Assembly (NCBI GenBank): GCA_053919585.1 | Contig: CM132792.1 | DNA: 64,000 nt | Reading direction: 5' to 3' (one strand) | Source: Euprymna scolopes | Taxonomy: Eukaryota | Shown here: in pieces, positions 26,451 through 40,059 of the stretch | Layout of the letters: each line of letters starts with the position of its first letter | Position numbering within the stretch: position 1 is the stretch's first letter | Translations under genes and position numbers: made by a program | Notes under the pieces: generated by a model | The model's input: the letters and a program-made list of their open reading frames with translations, nothing else | Databases searched by the model: none | What the model was told of the DNA's origin: nothing

Positions 26451-27345
26451 TATATTATATTATGTGGTCTATTTTTCGTTATAGGTTATATAAAGATTGG
26501 TCAACAAATAACGCGCGCCGATAGTAAACATTGGTACTACGAAATTTCATTTAAGTTACCTGTCTCATTAGGGAAGATAATGATTAATATGATTGTTTCA
26601 ATTATACTAATATATAACTTCATAATTTAGCAGAGTTATTAATTTATCTCGAAATATAAACAACTCATATTTTCTCATTTCTCCAATTGTATAATGCGGT
26701 TCTGGAAACCGTTTTTTATAGATACTACCAGTTTGGTCTTTAAAATACGACATGCCTTTCAAATCTAAAGTGCAACACTTGGGAAAAACTATCCATTAAA
26801 ATCAAGTAGCTGAAAGAGAAAAAAGTCAGTATTCACAGCAGAGGGTATAAGAGTTAACGCCCGTGTTTCTTATCTGGCGACGTTCAAATTTTGGAATAGA
26901 ATGTTAACCATCAGGAAAACGATACCTAAATGAAATTAGATTGCCGTTTTATTTGACAGGCTTCCTTAACTTGATAAAAATTAAGCATATAACGTGCTGG
27001 TATTGATACCACACTTTAACGTACAATCTTCTATAACTAACTTATTCTGTTTCGATAATACTGTCATTGGAGATCTGCATCTTGTCTTATTTAAAGTGGT
27101 GTGTTCAGGTGTTTTCCCCCATCGCTTATGCTATTGCTAATGTTCTGACTATAATGATGATCACATGTTTTATTGAAATATTTTTGGTATCTTATAGGCA
27201 TAAATATATATTTTCATAAAAAAATACAAAACTCAAATAGGGCACTAGAGCAGAAATATGTAAATGGGAGGTGACAGTCATAACAAACTAATGCTAAATA
27301 AGATAAGCAATTTTATACTTTAACTCTACTCTCATCACAATACCT

Positions 27346-27408
<63 letters not shown>

Positions 27409-28463
27409 ATCAACATATGCATCCTTCATCGACCACCATAAAAACAACATATCATGGTTAACTTACTAAAAACACAATTAAAAAAAAATAAAACGTGTAG
27501 TTAGTGGCATATGTATTTTATTTACATGATAAAATGTGATATACAATATTAGTAAAAAGACCACCCCGTTACGAAATTATGGCAGATACACTGATTCGCT
27601 AGCCTACATGGTGATGCCGGCCTGAACGCTTTATTACTTACATTTCTTGCGAAAAAATTCCAAAATCGAGAGAACCGGGTATGAAAGTTAGAAAAACAAG
27701 AGGCCAACTAAAGCAAGCAGTATGATCACTTTCACACACTCGCAAGGTTATGAACTGAAATGCCTAAAAAATGTATTTACTTTACCCTTAATCGTAACCT
27801 ACTCATGGCAAAGCTGACGATCCTTTCTGCGTCTTAAAATTCTTTTGCCTAAGCTACGTCTAACTACTAATCAAGAATTACTCTATTCATTCGACAAACA
27901 CGCGCAAAAGACACTCGCTTTTGGGCTTAATACGAACCTTTACATGATCACGGAATATTTGTATGATAGAGACAGGAACAGAGGTCTCAGATCCGTACAC
28001 AACTTTTATACAAGTGTTCTAAACAACACCTCTCTTTACTGCTAGCCAAGTTAAAAAAATATTTCTTTTCGAAGCCCATAGGTTGTCGATAGCTTATTAT
28101 TACAAACATTAATGAGTATCGGAATAACAGTCAAAACACCCAGTCTGCTAATCATGAGATTTGTAACAAACTCAATAAAAAGCACAACAATGCAACCATA
28201 AACAAAGATGTGAAATAAAGTTTCAACCTCATCGCCACACCGTTAAAAAATATAAGCGAAGCAGCGACCCACACGATATAATGACTTTTGGGATAACGGC
28301 AGAGCGCCAGAGAACGTTTTGTCATAACTATTCGTAGGAACTTCAAATCGCGAAGATACTCGCGATAGGAAGCACCCTGTGTGCCCCCAGCGGCCGAGTG
28401 CACATTTTAACATCCGGAAAGGCTTTCTTAGAGTCCTCTTTCAAGCGGCCACCGATTACTCAC

Positions 28464-28559
28464 TTTATGTACACATGCGATATAGGTAATAGAGCCGATA
28501 ACTGATATCGAGAAACCCATAGCGGCGTTTCTAAGCAGCAAGAACTGAAATATAACCAC
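28464..28559 (-). CDS. Candidate 96 nt host exon (VVIFQFLLLRNAAMGFSISVIGSITYIACVHK), product unknown
   Basis: Pyrimidine-rich acceptor ...tatttgcag| and donor |gtgagt; open phase 0-0 frame; internal GCCGCTATGG in strong Kozak context; lies in non-repetitive-looking CpG-rich DNA. Confidence 0.45.
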
Positions 28560-28909
28560 CTGCAAATACAGCAGTTTATGACTGAAGAGGTAGAATGGAA
28601 AGACGGTATCTAAAGATTGGATAAGTGTGCGGTACATACACCTATGTTATTTCCTTTAACGGAAATTTTCTACTGATCCATAGACAACAATAAGCGATAA
28701 AAAAACAAGTAATAATAACATGAATAATATGAAGAAAAACACGCAATAGAAAATGAAAAACAGAACATAATAATTTGGGTTTATAACGAAGAATGATCCC
28801 TGTACGTTCGGGGCTTATATGTATAAACGGCGCCGATAGGAACTAACGAATCAAAATAATACACGTTCTCCCAGCAATTAATTAGAAACCGGAATTACTC
28901 ATTAAAATA

Positions 28910-31604
28910 TACTGCGCAACACTTAAAAAAAGCACAGCATATCTGCAGCAATTTTTGTATACCTAGTAACGTGGAAATTTTATTTTTGGCTTTCTTTTTG
29001 TTGAATTAGGTATAATTTGTGCAAAATTGCCACAGTCGTAAATTTCAGTAAAAACGTCAAAAATGGGTTACTGACGACTTTGCAGTCACATATTATGTGT
29101 ATTAAATTATAAATCTTAAGAGAAAAACATAGTTTAATATACACATATTATGTACATTATTTGTTAAATAATTTATTTGAATAATTTATTTGCTAAAGTC
29201 CATCGAAATGAGCTATTTTTCCATATTTAAGAGAGCTAGATGACAGAGCTAGCTTGGTTAGCGTAATATTTTCTAGACCAAGGGCTAATTTTTTTCAAAA
29301 TTAAAAACATAATACTGTAGCACATGGTTTGGTGTTCACCACCTTCCGAAAATCCATGGTATTCGTCAAGAAAGGCATTTTTTAATGTAGGCTAAAAAAT
29401 CAAGGAAAAGCTGCCTCAGAACCTTGTTTGTAGGGCACGGGGAAAAAATCTGACGGTTAAAATAGATATCCATTTAATAAAGTATTTTTTTAAAGTAAAA
29501 ACTACAATAAAGACCGGATTATTGTGTATTTTAATGTTTTAAACATAAAGGGGCATTTTATACATTCTTTTCTGAAAATTTACTAAATTAAATGCAAAAA
29601 ATAGAAATGAAATTTTATCAACCCCTTACTTTATGTACGAAAGAATCTAATAACTTGCTAGTGGGCGTTTATAATGACTTAACATGTTCACATTATGGAA
29701 TCCTTATTTTTCTTTATAAAATAATTTACTTTTTTTCTTGTATTTATTCTTTAGATGCAGTATAGGCTTTGACGATGACTTCAAGACAGTGCAAAAATGA
29801 TCCAAACAAATTCTGTTACATATGTGGCGAATTAAAATTTGCTAAAGAAAGGCGCAGCATTACCAGCCATATCAAAAAAGTGTACAAGGCGTACTTTCAT
29901 TTTGATATAGGAGACCAAGACAAGTCATGGGCTCTTCATGTCTATTGCCTTACATGTGTGAAAACATTGAGCGCATGGTATGCAAAAAAGAATGTTCACA
30001 TGGAGTTTGGTGTGCCAATGATTTCGTGAGAGCAGAAAGATCATTCTAATGATTGCTATTTTTGTCAGCAAGACTATACGGGCTGTACAACAGCAAAAAA
30101 AAAGAAACACATTGTTTACCCAAATTTGCAATCAGCAATGCGCCCAGTTGAGCACTCCAAAGAATTACCTGTACCAAAAACCCCTGATCAGGAAATGTGG
30201 AGTTCAAGCAGTGTGGGAAGAACGTTACAGCTATGAAGCAGTAGAATTTTCTATTTCAGAAAGCAATAATAAACCATTACTATTTTCTCAAGATGCTCTA
30301 AATGACTTATGCAGAGATCTTTATTTAACCAAAGACAAAAGTGAAATTCTTGCATCAAGGCTTAAAGAACGAAATCTTCTTAGAAAAGGTGTGAAAATAA
30401 CATTGTACAGAAAACGTGCACAAAACTTGCATGTTCTGTTCACTTTGACAGATGATTTATGCTTCTGCAATGACATTGTTGGGCTTTTTGAACAGCTGGA
30501 AATTCAATATGATAACACCAACTGGCGACTTTTCTTAGATGCATCCAAGGAAAGCATAAAAGCTGTTTTGCTTGACAATGGGAACACTCTGCCATCTGTT
30601 CCTATATCTTACAGCATAACCATGAAATAATCATATGAACATTTAAAAACAATTTTAGCAAGCATACATTATGAAGTCCATAAATGGCATGTTTGTGCAG
30701 ATTTCAAGGTTATAGCCATGCTCACTGGCCTTCAGCCAGGCTATACTAAATGTTGTTGCTTCTTGTGCTTATGGGACTCTAGAACAAGAGCTGAACACTA
30801 TGTACGCAAGCACTGGCCTGCTAGAGATGAAATTGAGCAAGGAAAACATAACATCAAACACAAACCACTTCTGCAAAGTGATAGAATCCATTTACGACCT
30901 TTGCATATTAAACTCGGTTTGTTCAAGCAGTTTGTGAAAGCACTATACAAGGATTCCTTGGCATTTGCATATCTTGCAGAAAAGTTTCCTTCATTAAGTC
31001 GAGCTAAAATAAAAGACGGTATCTTCATAGGTCCCCAAATTCGAAAAAATTGTTCTTGATGAAACTTTTAACACACATCTCACGAGAAAAGAAAAATGTG
31101 CCTTTGAGTCATTCAAGAAGTTTGTGATAACTTCCTGGGAAAACATCGTTCAGAAGACTATGTGCAAGTTGTGAATGATCTATTGCATCATTTTCATGAT
31201 ATGGGATGTAACATGTCTCTAAAAGCTCATGTGCTCCACTCTCATTTGGATTTTTGGCTGAGAATCTTGGCCATGTGAGTGATGAACATGATGAAAGGTT
31301 CCATCAAGATATTTCATTAATAGAAAAACGTTTTAAAGGAAAATGGAACACTGGTATGTTGGCAGACTACTGCTGGAATTTAAAAAAGGATGATGACACT
31401 CTACACAAGAGAGTCAAGAGGACAAATGTTGTTTAAACTGGTAAATTCGGTGCTTTTTTTTAAATAATTAATAATAAAGTACATGAAAATGGTACCTAAT
31501 CCAGAGAAATAAATGTCAGATTTGGAATCAGCATACTTTTCTTACACCGAAACAGGTCTTATATGTCTTGTACATTTTTTTCAATTCAAATTTGTTGCAC
31601 AGTG
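28910..31604 (+). mobile_element. Chapaev3 (CMC superfamily) DNA transposon, full length, inactivated
   Basis: ATA|tACTGCGCAACA ... TGTTGCACAGTG|ATA: short TIR with CACTG/CAGTG-type ends and a 3 bp TSD, enclosing the transposase. Confidence 0.85.
29775..31436 (+). pseudogene. Chapaev3-type transposase with stops and frameshifts
   Basis: Motifs CKNDPNKFCYICGE, GDQDKSW, LNDLCRDL...SEILASRLKERNLL, WRLFLDASKESIKAVLL, GYTKCCCFLCLWDSR, PLHIKLGLFKQFVKAL, GIFIGPQIRK and SDEH.ERFHQDI across ORFs 29769, 30049, 30718 and 31254. Confidence 0.9.
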
Positions 31605-31869
31605 ATATTAATCTTTCAACATCCTAGCACATAATTTTTTTTGACAGCACAAGAAGTAGCTTTTACCCTTTGTCTGCTAAATAATCAAACAAAAAAAAAA
31701 CTAACTACTGAACATTCTTCAAATCCAAGGGGGGTATTAAATAGCTAGTCGTCGAAACTCTCTTGAAATTAAACATCGATTTCAATTCAAGCTGATATCG
31801 ACTCGTCGAAGAATTTATTTAAATTTAATTACATTTATTTGTGGTAAGTAAAAAATTTAGGATATTTAC

Positions 31870-33675
31870 GAATTAAAGAGTTACACTAGGTAAGTCAGGC
31901 ACAACCTGAAAACAGCAAAAAAAAATAACCTCGAGTTTATTGAAAAGACTAGTTCTTCTTGTGGGAGTAATACAATAAGTGTATCTCTGGTACTGCAAAA
32001 AGCTTTGGACGATGACTTCTAACATATTAAAAGAGCATATTTTATTGAAAGAAAACCCTGAAATTATATGTTTTACATTGAACTGACATCTCCAAACCGC
32101 ACGGAAGCCGATACATATATTACATATTATATTAGAAGGGCCGAAACAACAACACATTCATTAAAATATCTGGCAAGGTTATAAACGGTTGTCTGTTTAT
32201 CTCTATGGCCCTTAAAAGGTTGGCAGGCTTTCCCCTGTGATAACTCAGAGTTTCAGTGAATTCAAATTGGCACTTATTAGGTACGCGAAACTGAGAAAAT
32301 GATCATGGGAAAAATGACCCCATAAATATCATGGAATTTACAAATGCACGCTTAAAACACAAAAAACAAATTATACTATTACATCGAATAAAAAACAACT
32401 TTTCCAAAAATATTTTTTTTTTCCTAAGAAAAGGACGAACAGTATTTGCTATAATTGTGGGCGACCCAATCACCAGAGTTTCGAATGTAGATACAAAAAT
32501 TTCAAAGTGGACTCTATTAAAATGCGGAAAGCTCCATTAGCGGACACACATTTTCATGTACGTTTGACAAACCGTAATAAATTTCTTATGTATTGCGGGG
32601 CAATGGAAACGTAATTTCGAAGGAATCGGATTTTATCAGTTTTTATCCCAACTTTAACCCTCAGAGTCACTATGTAGAGCTCGCCGACGGCAGTCGAGTA
32701 AAATAATAAGTAAACTAAAATCCAGCTACGGAATAATAATGGTGGATTTTGTTTCCGTATTTTGGAAAACGCTCTTCTAATCCCAAAATTTAAACAATAT
32801 ATTTCTGTACAAACCGCCACTAAACAAAGTGCAAATACAAATTTTAGCACGAATAAATCAAAACGGATATACACAAATAAAAATGCATTCGATATTAAAG
32901 GCAATGAAAGATTATATCCTTCAAACAGTGTAGTTCCATCAAACATTGCTAGTGATGATTCACAGATATGGAATCAGATACTTGGCCACTGCAATAATCA
33001 AGATATCAAAAATTTGCCGAATGTGGTTGACGAAATTAAAATAAAAAACGACATAAACTTGTCAAACTGCGACGTTTGTAGGAACAGTATAATGGCGAAG
33101 TACCAAAAACACGATTATAAACCAGAAAGCCACGAAAATTCTATCGCTGGTACATTGTGAAATGAAAGGAGCCGTGAAACCCATGGACAGAGAAAACTTC
33201 ATGTATGTATAACATTTGGTAGGGGATTATTCTTGTTTTATAATGGTCTATATCTAAAAAAAAAAAAAAAAAAACATTAAAAAAACGCGAATCTGATAAC
33301 TCACAAGCAACTAAGAAATACTTAGCAGACATTACCTCCAACAATGCAGTAAGGAGTGCCAGATCTAACAATAGTATTTATTCCACTAATAAACTTTTGT
33401 TAATTAACCATCGGATTAAACATGAACAATCGGAATGTAATTCATCTCACCAAAACGGATTTGAGGAAATATAATAGCAACACTTTTAAAATACCAAGAT
33501 GTCCACCTTGAATGAAATTCCCCCCAAATTCTGGACGTATGCACTAATTGCTGCTGCATACATTCACGACCAGCCTTTTAATAAAAGAGTATCTAGAATC
33601 CTATATGAGCTTTCTGCGGTAGAAAATCAAATTTAAGACGACTGCATGTATTTCGCTCAACTTTCGTCGCATTTA
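31870..33675 (+). mobile_element. Copia LTR retrotransposon, 5' half (gag, protease, GAG-pre-integrase, integrase), heavily decayed
   Basis: KCGKLH knuckle remnant; VELADGS; LENALLIP; WNQILGHCN...CDVC; RSNNSIY (RSDNG.EY); SHQNGFEE (PHQNG.AER); FWTYALIAAAYI. Confidence 0.8.
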
Positions 33676-34047
33676 TCTAATATATAAATCTCACTCTGTC
33701 TGTGTTGTGTGTGCGTCTGTCTCCGTTTTTAAATTGTATCTCCTCCTAGTTGGATGGATACTTGATGGCGTTCAATAGCTCCAAAGATTGCATATAGTGT
33801 GCAGAATTTTATTAGAGGTGTTTAATTGATTAAAACAATGGTTAAGGTATTCAAAAATGGGTTCAAACTTGAAAGAAATGAAAACTTGACGAGCATAGCG
33901 CCCATGGCGTCGTTCTGCGCATGCCACGATCTGTAACAGATTTATTTATTTAGTAAATTTGCAAGCTGATGAAAGCAGTTGTCTGTTTGGGGCAATGCGT
34001 AATGTCATCGATTACTAACCCCAGTGTTGCGGGTTCGTGCTCCACCA

Positions 34048-34078
<31 letters not shown>

Positions 34079-34262
34079 GCTATATTCTGATATTCTTGAC
34101 GTTTAAATGTTACGTAATAATTATACAAGAACACTTTTATATATAAAAAAAAAAAATACAGAAAAATGTTTTTGTTGTACATAACGAAAATGTCATATTC
34201 CAAATATATAGGATATATTATATATCAGCTCATTAATCACGTAAATAGATCCAGTAATGGCA

Positions 34263-35060
34263 TTTTTATTGAATTCATTCCTTAACTAATAACCGACCAT
34301 TATTAATTGTAATTATGTGGGTATGATTATATATTTCTATGTATTGAATTCACTCTTAAACTAATTAACTGAGCATTATTAATTTAAATAAGGTGTATAT
34401 GTTTATATATTTGCATGTATTGGATTCACTCCCAAACTAATTAACTGATCATTATTAATTTTATATGTGTGTATATGATTATATATTTCTATGAATTGGA
34501 TTCACTCCTAAACTAATTAAACGATCATTAATTATTTGAATTATGTGTGTGAGTATATATTTTTATGTATTGAACCCACTCCTAAACTAATTAACCGATC
34601 ATTATGAATTTTTTGTGTGTATATGTATGTATATTTGTATTTATTGGATTCACTCCTGAATTAATTAACCGATCATTATGAATGTTATTCATGCGTATAT
34701 TCTGTATATTTGTATGTGTTGGATTCACTGCTAAACTAATTTACTGGCCATTATGAATTTTATTTATGTGTATGCCTGTATATTTGTATTTATTGGATGT
34801 ATTCCTGAATTAATTAACCGATCATTATTAATTATAATTATGTGTATATGTCTGTATATTTGTATGTGTTGGATTCACCCCTACACTAATTCTCCGTTCA
34901 TTATAAATTTCAATTATGAGTGTATGATTATATATTTCTATGCATTGGAGTCACTGCTAAAATAATTAACCGATCATTATGATTTTTTTATTATCTGCAT
35001 ATGATTATGTAATTTCGTAACTTGGATCCACTCCAAAACTAAGTTACTGATCATTATGGA
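34263..35060. repeat. Minisatellite, ~75 bp unit x 11
   Basis: Anchor g(g/a)attcactc recurs at ~34271, 34346, 34422, 34498, 34572, 34646, 34721, 34795, 34871, 34947 and 35024. Confidence 0.95.
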
Positions 35061-35149
35061 TGATATGTAATGCATATGTTTGCATATGAATAAAGATGTC
35101 ATATTCCAAAGATCACACACAATTGTAACGTATTTTGTTAATTAACTTC

Positions 35150-36005
35150 TACTGTATAGTGCTCATACTGACCACGTATGTAAAATCATCGAGTATTTTC
35201 ATCCTTATATTAGAAATAAGATATTGCACAGTATCCTACTCAAGAAATATGTTACTTATGCAGTATATAACTCACATGAAAAAACAAAGAATATCTTACC
35301 TGTGACGTAAATAAGTTATTACAGCCGTACATACCGTTAAATATTTGAGTAGTATGGTTACATAAAAATAATGTGCTTCTTCACAATAACACCCAGATAA
35401 AAAAAAACAAATTCTTACCCCTGACGTACAGAACATTTAGCACAATTGAAAATTTCATAAAATTATTGAGTTCTTTTATTTTTAAATTAGAAAGTGTCTC
35501 ACGTAAGAAATAAGGTACTTGTACACTATAGTATCCATATGAAAAACAAAGGAAATTTTACTTGCGACGTACGTAAAAGTAATCAAAACCGACATCATGT
35601 AATATTCGAGTAGTATTATATTTATATAAAAATAAGGTTGGTCTTTACTATAGCACTCTGATGTAAAATCCAAATCTCACCTGTGACACGCGGAAAAGTT
35701 AGCACAATAGAAAATGATGCAAAATTATCGAGTCGTTTCATCTATATCTTAAAAATGACGTACGTGTACATTATCCTGACAAAGAAAAATATACTTGTGC
35801 AGTATTGTGCTCATATGAAAAAACAAAGAAACCCCTACCTATGACGGGCATAAAAGATACTAAAACCAAAAATCATGTAATGTATTCGGCGAGTGCGACT
35901 TTTAAATGAGAAATAAGGTGCTTCTTGACTATAGCACTCTGATGTAAAAACAAACTCTTACCTGTGACATACAGAACAGTTAGCACAACAGAAAATTATG
36001 TAAAT
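35150..36005. repeat. Diverged tandem repeat, ~270 bp unit x ~3, with two related subunits
   Basis: ca(c/t)atgaaaaa(a)caaag at ~35272, 35535 and 35811, alternating with gat(g)taaaa...acctgtgac...ttagcacaa at ~35396, 35660 and 35940. Confidence 0.85.
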
Positions 36006-36100
36006 TATTTTAAATATGTGTTATACATTTCCTGCCCTAGGTAATGAAACGTTTTCATATAAGTGCTGTAAATTTCCTGTCCTAGGGAAGGTACAATCAT

Positions 36101-36350
36101 TTCATCAGGCCAACAAATGTGTAATTTAATTCCAGAATAATCTGACATTTCCTGTCATATTCTAAAACAAGAAAATACATTCTGTTTTTACAAAAGAAAA
36201 TAAATGCATCCCTTTTTACAGGTCACCTGCTACTGCCCGGGGTTCAATCAACGTTTGACTTACAATCTCAGCATATTTACCCGGCCTGACTCAGGGTTTA
36301 AGGAGATCCTAATCTCCCACATTGGGAGCAATATTACTTCCCCTTTGACA
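36101..36350 (-). repeat. Partial LTR of family B (direct repeat of 44979-45226)
   Basis: Shared ttcatcaggccaacaaatgtgt, ttcaatcaacgtttgac, ctcagcatatttacccg and ttgggagcaat; begins TGTC on the minus strand. Confidence 0.85.
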
Positions 36351-37828
36351 TATTGATCTTTACGGGACCAATATGTCTAAGCCAAAAACACCGCTCCGCC
36401 CAATCTACCTCAGGTGGTTTCAATAAATACCGTTCCTTAACTTGATGATATGCAGGTAACCCTACACCCTTTCCCCTTGCTTTACACCCCCTGTCCAATT
36501 CTACCATAGATAAAGGCGGATTCACCTTGATTATCCATGAGCAGTGTTGTCGCATACCCTGTACTATTCCATCCTCTGTTGCGTGGATACTAACAAGTTG
36601 TCCTCGGCTACTCTTACGGCCAGTTGCAAGAGGTCCTCCCTTGCTACTTCAACCTTGCAGGCGCGATTCATCATTTTCTCTTCCCCCTGGAATAATCCCA
36701 ACACACACAACTCATGATCTTCAGTTACATATATTGGATTCGGTGACCGATAAATTCCAAGGGAATTGATCCGACATTCTCCTGCTTCTCGCTGGTTCAA
36801 TAGCATAAATCGATAATCCGCCGTATTAAACGCTACCTATTCCGTCTAAACCTGGTAACTGGCTACCAGCCCCAACTTAGATGTGCTCGATCCCAGGGGA
36901 GCACAGACACGAACACAGTATTTTTCAGGTTCTAGCCGCGCACTACACCTAAGGGGGTATAATATTCCCACAACCTTTCTTCGGGGTTCACCGGGAGTTG
37001 TAGAGCGACGGTAACTTTTGTCTTATATCCTCAAGAACCTTTCTCAGCTCATCCGGTCTTATTATACTTGGGGACAAATACCCCAACGCTAGGGCATCTA
37101 ATTGTGCCCGTATATAAGTGGTTCCACTCGACGGGTGACTGCTCGGTTCGCTGTAGCTGTAACAGAATATGCATTAGTTGTAAATATATATGTAGGAAAG
37201 CTTCCCTCCTTGAAAACTCATTTTCAATTCGACTAGATACATTCCACAGTTCCTCATGTAAAACTTTCAGTATGCTAATGATATCATTAAGGCCTTATCT
37301 ATTTTCTTGCATTTCTACTCTATTGATATTTAATATGGATACCCCCCCGGTAACCTGTGTTAATGTTTTCTCCCCTCGCTCTTATTCCTCTATTCATGTC
37401 TCTTTTAAGGCGAGGTGATCTTCAGTAACCACTCCGAAAAATGCACCCAAGTCTATGCCTATTATAGGTGTAACGGCTCTCTTAGGCCTGGTCTCCAGGT
37501 TTCTCAATCTCTGATAGTGATCCCTTTGGTCAGTCCATCGGGGCCTTAAAATGCCCGTCTCGTCCTTTAAGGGATTCAGTATCTTTACATATTTCCCTAC
37601 ATGCTCATATGTATTAACTAATTGTTTCATCAACACGTCAAATTGATCAATTCCCTTCCTTCTAATTAATTCTCTAAAAGGCAGCAAATCATTTACTAAT
37701 GTCACCAGTCGATTCGACTGTGGTATTATTACGTCGTTAGTTTTCTTGAACATAACACCCCTTCTCACTAGCAGCGCAGTGGACGTCCATATCAGTCCTA
37801 ACAGGAACAACACCATGATCTCCTTCAT
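36351..37828 (-). pseudogene. env: F-type (baculovirus F/errantivirus-like) class I fusion envelope, disrupted and C-terminally truncated
   Basis: Signal peptide MKEIMVLFLLGLIWTSTA; furin site RPKR (37478-37489); fusion peptide AVTPIIGIDLGAFFGVVTEDHL; heptad region GVSILNINRVEMQENR*GLNDII; LDALALGYLSPSIIRPDELRKVLEDIRQKLP; LWEYY; Cys-spaced region (ECR...LCVLGLF...ACK...GCKA). Confidence 0.85.
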
Positions 37829-37830
37829 CT

Positions 37831-37852
37831 CTGCAACGACAGGAAGGAATGG
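37831..37852 (-). promoter_or_regulatory. Splice acceptor immediately upstream of env ATG
   Basis: Minus strand ccattccttcctgtcgttgcag|agATGAAG. Confidence 0.6.
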
Positions 37853-39270
37853 CTCGGTCAGCGACTCAACCGTCCAACTGATTCGCTAAATAACAAAGTG
37901 TGGGGTTGGTGCGGATAAACAATTGTTTGTGGTCCCCAATAACAGAATACAGAAAGAATACCACCACAGCTGATGTATTACGCTCTGGTAACAATGGAAC
38001 GACGAAAATAAAATAAATTCCCATGGACACCTCTCCCTTAGCTATGCTGTGTGTGAATAAACGCACTCTCTTCCTCAGAACTTATTAAAAACCTACAAAG
38101 GTCGCTAACGAAAAAAAATATATGTCGGTAGCAACTCATCTTGCCTCCTATTGAATCAACATCATATTGCCTGTATCTCACGTTCTGCCACACCCTTCAA
38201 TAACCACAGGGCTTCTGAGGGTCGGAAGCGTCACCCTTGCGATCAGATCACTCTGCCGGATCAAAAACCGAAAGCCCCACAACAACATTACAACAACACC
38301 CACCCTCGTTTCCTCGTCAACACCCTTTTGCTTTTCTTAACACGATACCCCTACATAAAAAAAAATCAAATGCTAAAATGCGTAATCCCCAACTTTTTCT
38401 TTCTTCACAACTAGCGATTAACTCTTGCCCAGTAAAGATAAATAAATACATCACTAAAATGCATATTGTTTCACGGCCTCGCTAGCCGGATACTGGTCCG
38501 CTCGGACTCGGTTCTCTAGGTGCAAAAGCTACACCCACGTGATACTCACAGTAATAGTTCATCTAAAGAAAACATCGGTTTTTAACGCTAACAGGAATGA
38601 ATAGAACAAAAGTACTTTTCCTACACTCAGTCATCACAACTATACAGGGGACTCCATCAGTTTCCATTTACTCAAGGAGAAAACCTTCTAGACGGAGAAA
38701 AAACTTTAATTTTCTCTTCAAGAAAATAAATAAAAAAGTATTTATTTAATCTCTCCAAATTAATATTCTCAATTGCTCCTTACTCACCTCCCCAGAACGA
38801 TCATTGTTTCCTGAACAAGAAATCTTGCTTGACTGAGAACAAGTCATATCTTGTCTCCAAAAATTAATTTAACCGTCAAAATTATCACTTTTTTTATTTT
38901 CGGCTGAATTCAACCAACATTTGTCTGATCTGACGCGAAATCCTTCCAAACTGAGGGAACAGTCTATTTCCCTTCAAAAATGTAATTTAATAATCAAAAT
39001 TGTATACTCGTAGTTATTCTCGATTAAAATCATTAAAACAAACTCTCAAGAACAATTAATAACATCAATCCAGAATTCCGCTGCCCCACACGCACACTGG
39101 ATCATCTAACAAACAACATCTTTAAGATCGATTGTTCAAGGTTATATAAAATAACCTGAAGATAATACAACTCATGTCGTACACAAGGCGTCAAAAGTAA
39201 ACTGAAAGTAAATTCGACCATAATGCAATACCCTAGAGGGTGGGTAAGTGCGCTTTCGCAGCGAATGCAA

Positions 39271-39545
39271 CCACTCTATATCTGTGCCTAAATCAAAACG
39301 CAGATTCCATGAACAAAGCTTCTTTCTTAGAACTGCACGCCTGTGGAACTGTTCCGTCTGCCTGCTTCCCTCCGGACTACAACTTGGTTGTCTTCAAGTC
39401 CAATGTTAACAAATTCCTAATGAACCGCCCCCTTAAGTAAACATTTCAGCAAATCTCCTCACTAACGTAATGTACTTGCAATAACCCTTATCCCTGAGTG
39501 GCTTCCGGGCCTTGATAAGTGGTGATCACTGTGTAAGAAAAAAAA
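39271..39545 (+). mobile_element. LINE 3' end (CR1/L2/Jockey group), copy 1
   Basis: SFF.RT..LWN...FP..YNL..FKSNVN C-terminus, 3' UTR gagtggcttccgggccttgataagtggtgatcactgtgt + A tail; homologous to three other copies in the window. Confidence 0.85.
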
Positions 39546-40059
39546 TGTCAAAGCTTTCCTCGCCTACCTCTCACTGACAACATACGGGTCAGCAAGGAGC
39601 ACGTCGGCACACGCAGAACCTTCCCCATTCCACACAGCGGATATTTGCTTCATCCTTTCCCTTCTTTCTCTGAGCTATCTAATTCCAAATGCCATTTTGA
39701 ATATGTTTTTTCCATTAGTTTTACACAATGAGTCCTTTTTTTTCGATGCATTTCTCAAACCAAAATTAATTTAATAATTGAGTCGCTCATGCTAGCTACA
39801 GTCGGGCAGAAAAAAAAACAACCCTGTACAATTTTACAAAAGGCGCTCACATCACATTCGCTCTTTTTTTTTCCTTCCTATAATTCAATCGAAACTTTTT
39901 TTCTTTGCAAAAGGACTACAGTCGGATCAGCAAATTCTCTCCTAGTCTTCACATAGCTTCAATACGCACCGTTGAACAGATTTTCTTCGGCATCGGAGTC
40001 CATTTGATCCAAGAGGAAATTTAATTAAGCCACTTGATGTACAATGTCATGTGGTCGCT

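Larger units (their letters stand above)
33676..36017 (+). mobile_element. Helitron-like element (5' part) carrying internal tandem arrays, inserted in the Copia
   Basis: Copia integrase homology stops at A|TCTAATATATAAA followed by (TGTC/TG)n, a typical Helitron 5' end. No 3' hairpin-CTRR found. Confidence 0.5.

Noticed and set aside
33965-33995. CTGATGA-AAGCAG(TTGT)CTGTTT hairpin
   Set aside because: Followed by GGGG rather than GAAA.
34263-35060. CRISPR-like regular array
   Set aside because: The whole unit is repeated with no unique spacers, in a eukaryotic context with no cas genes.
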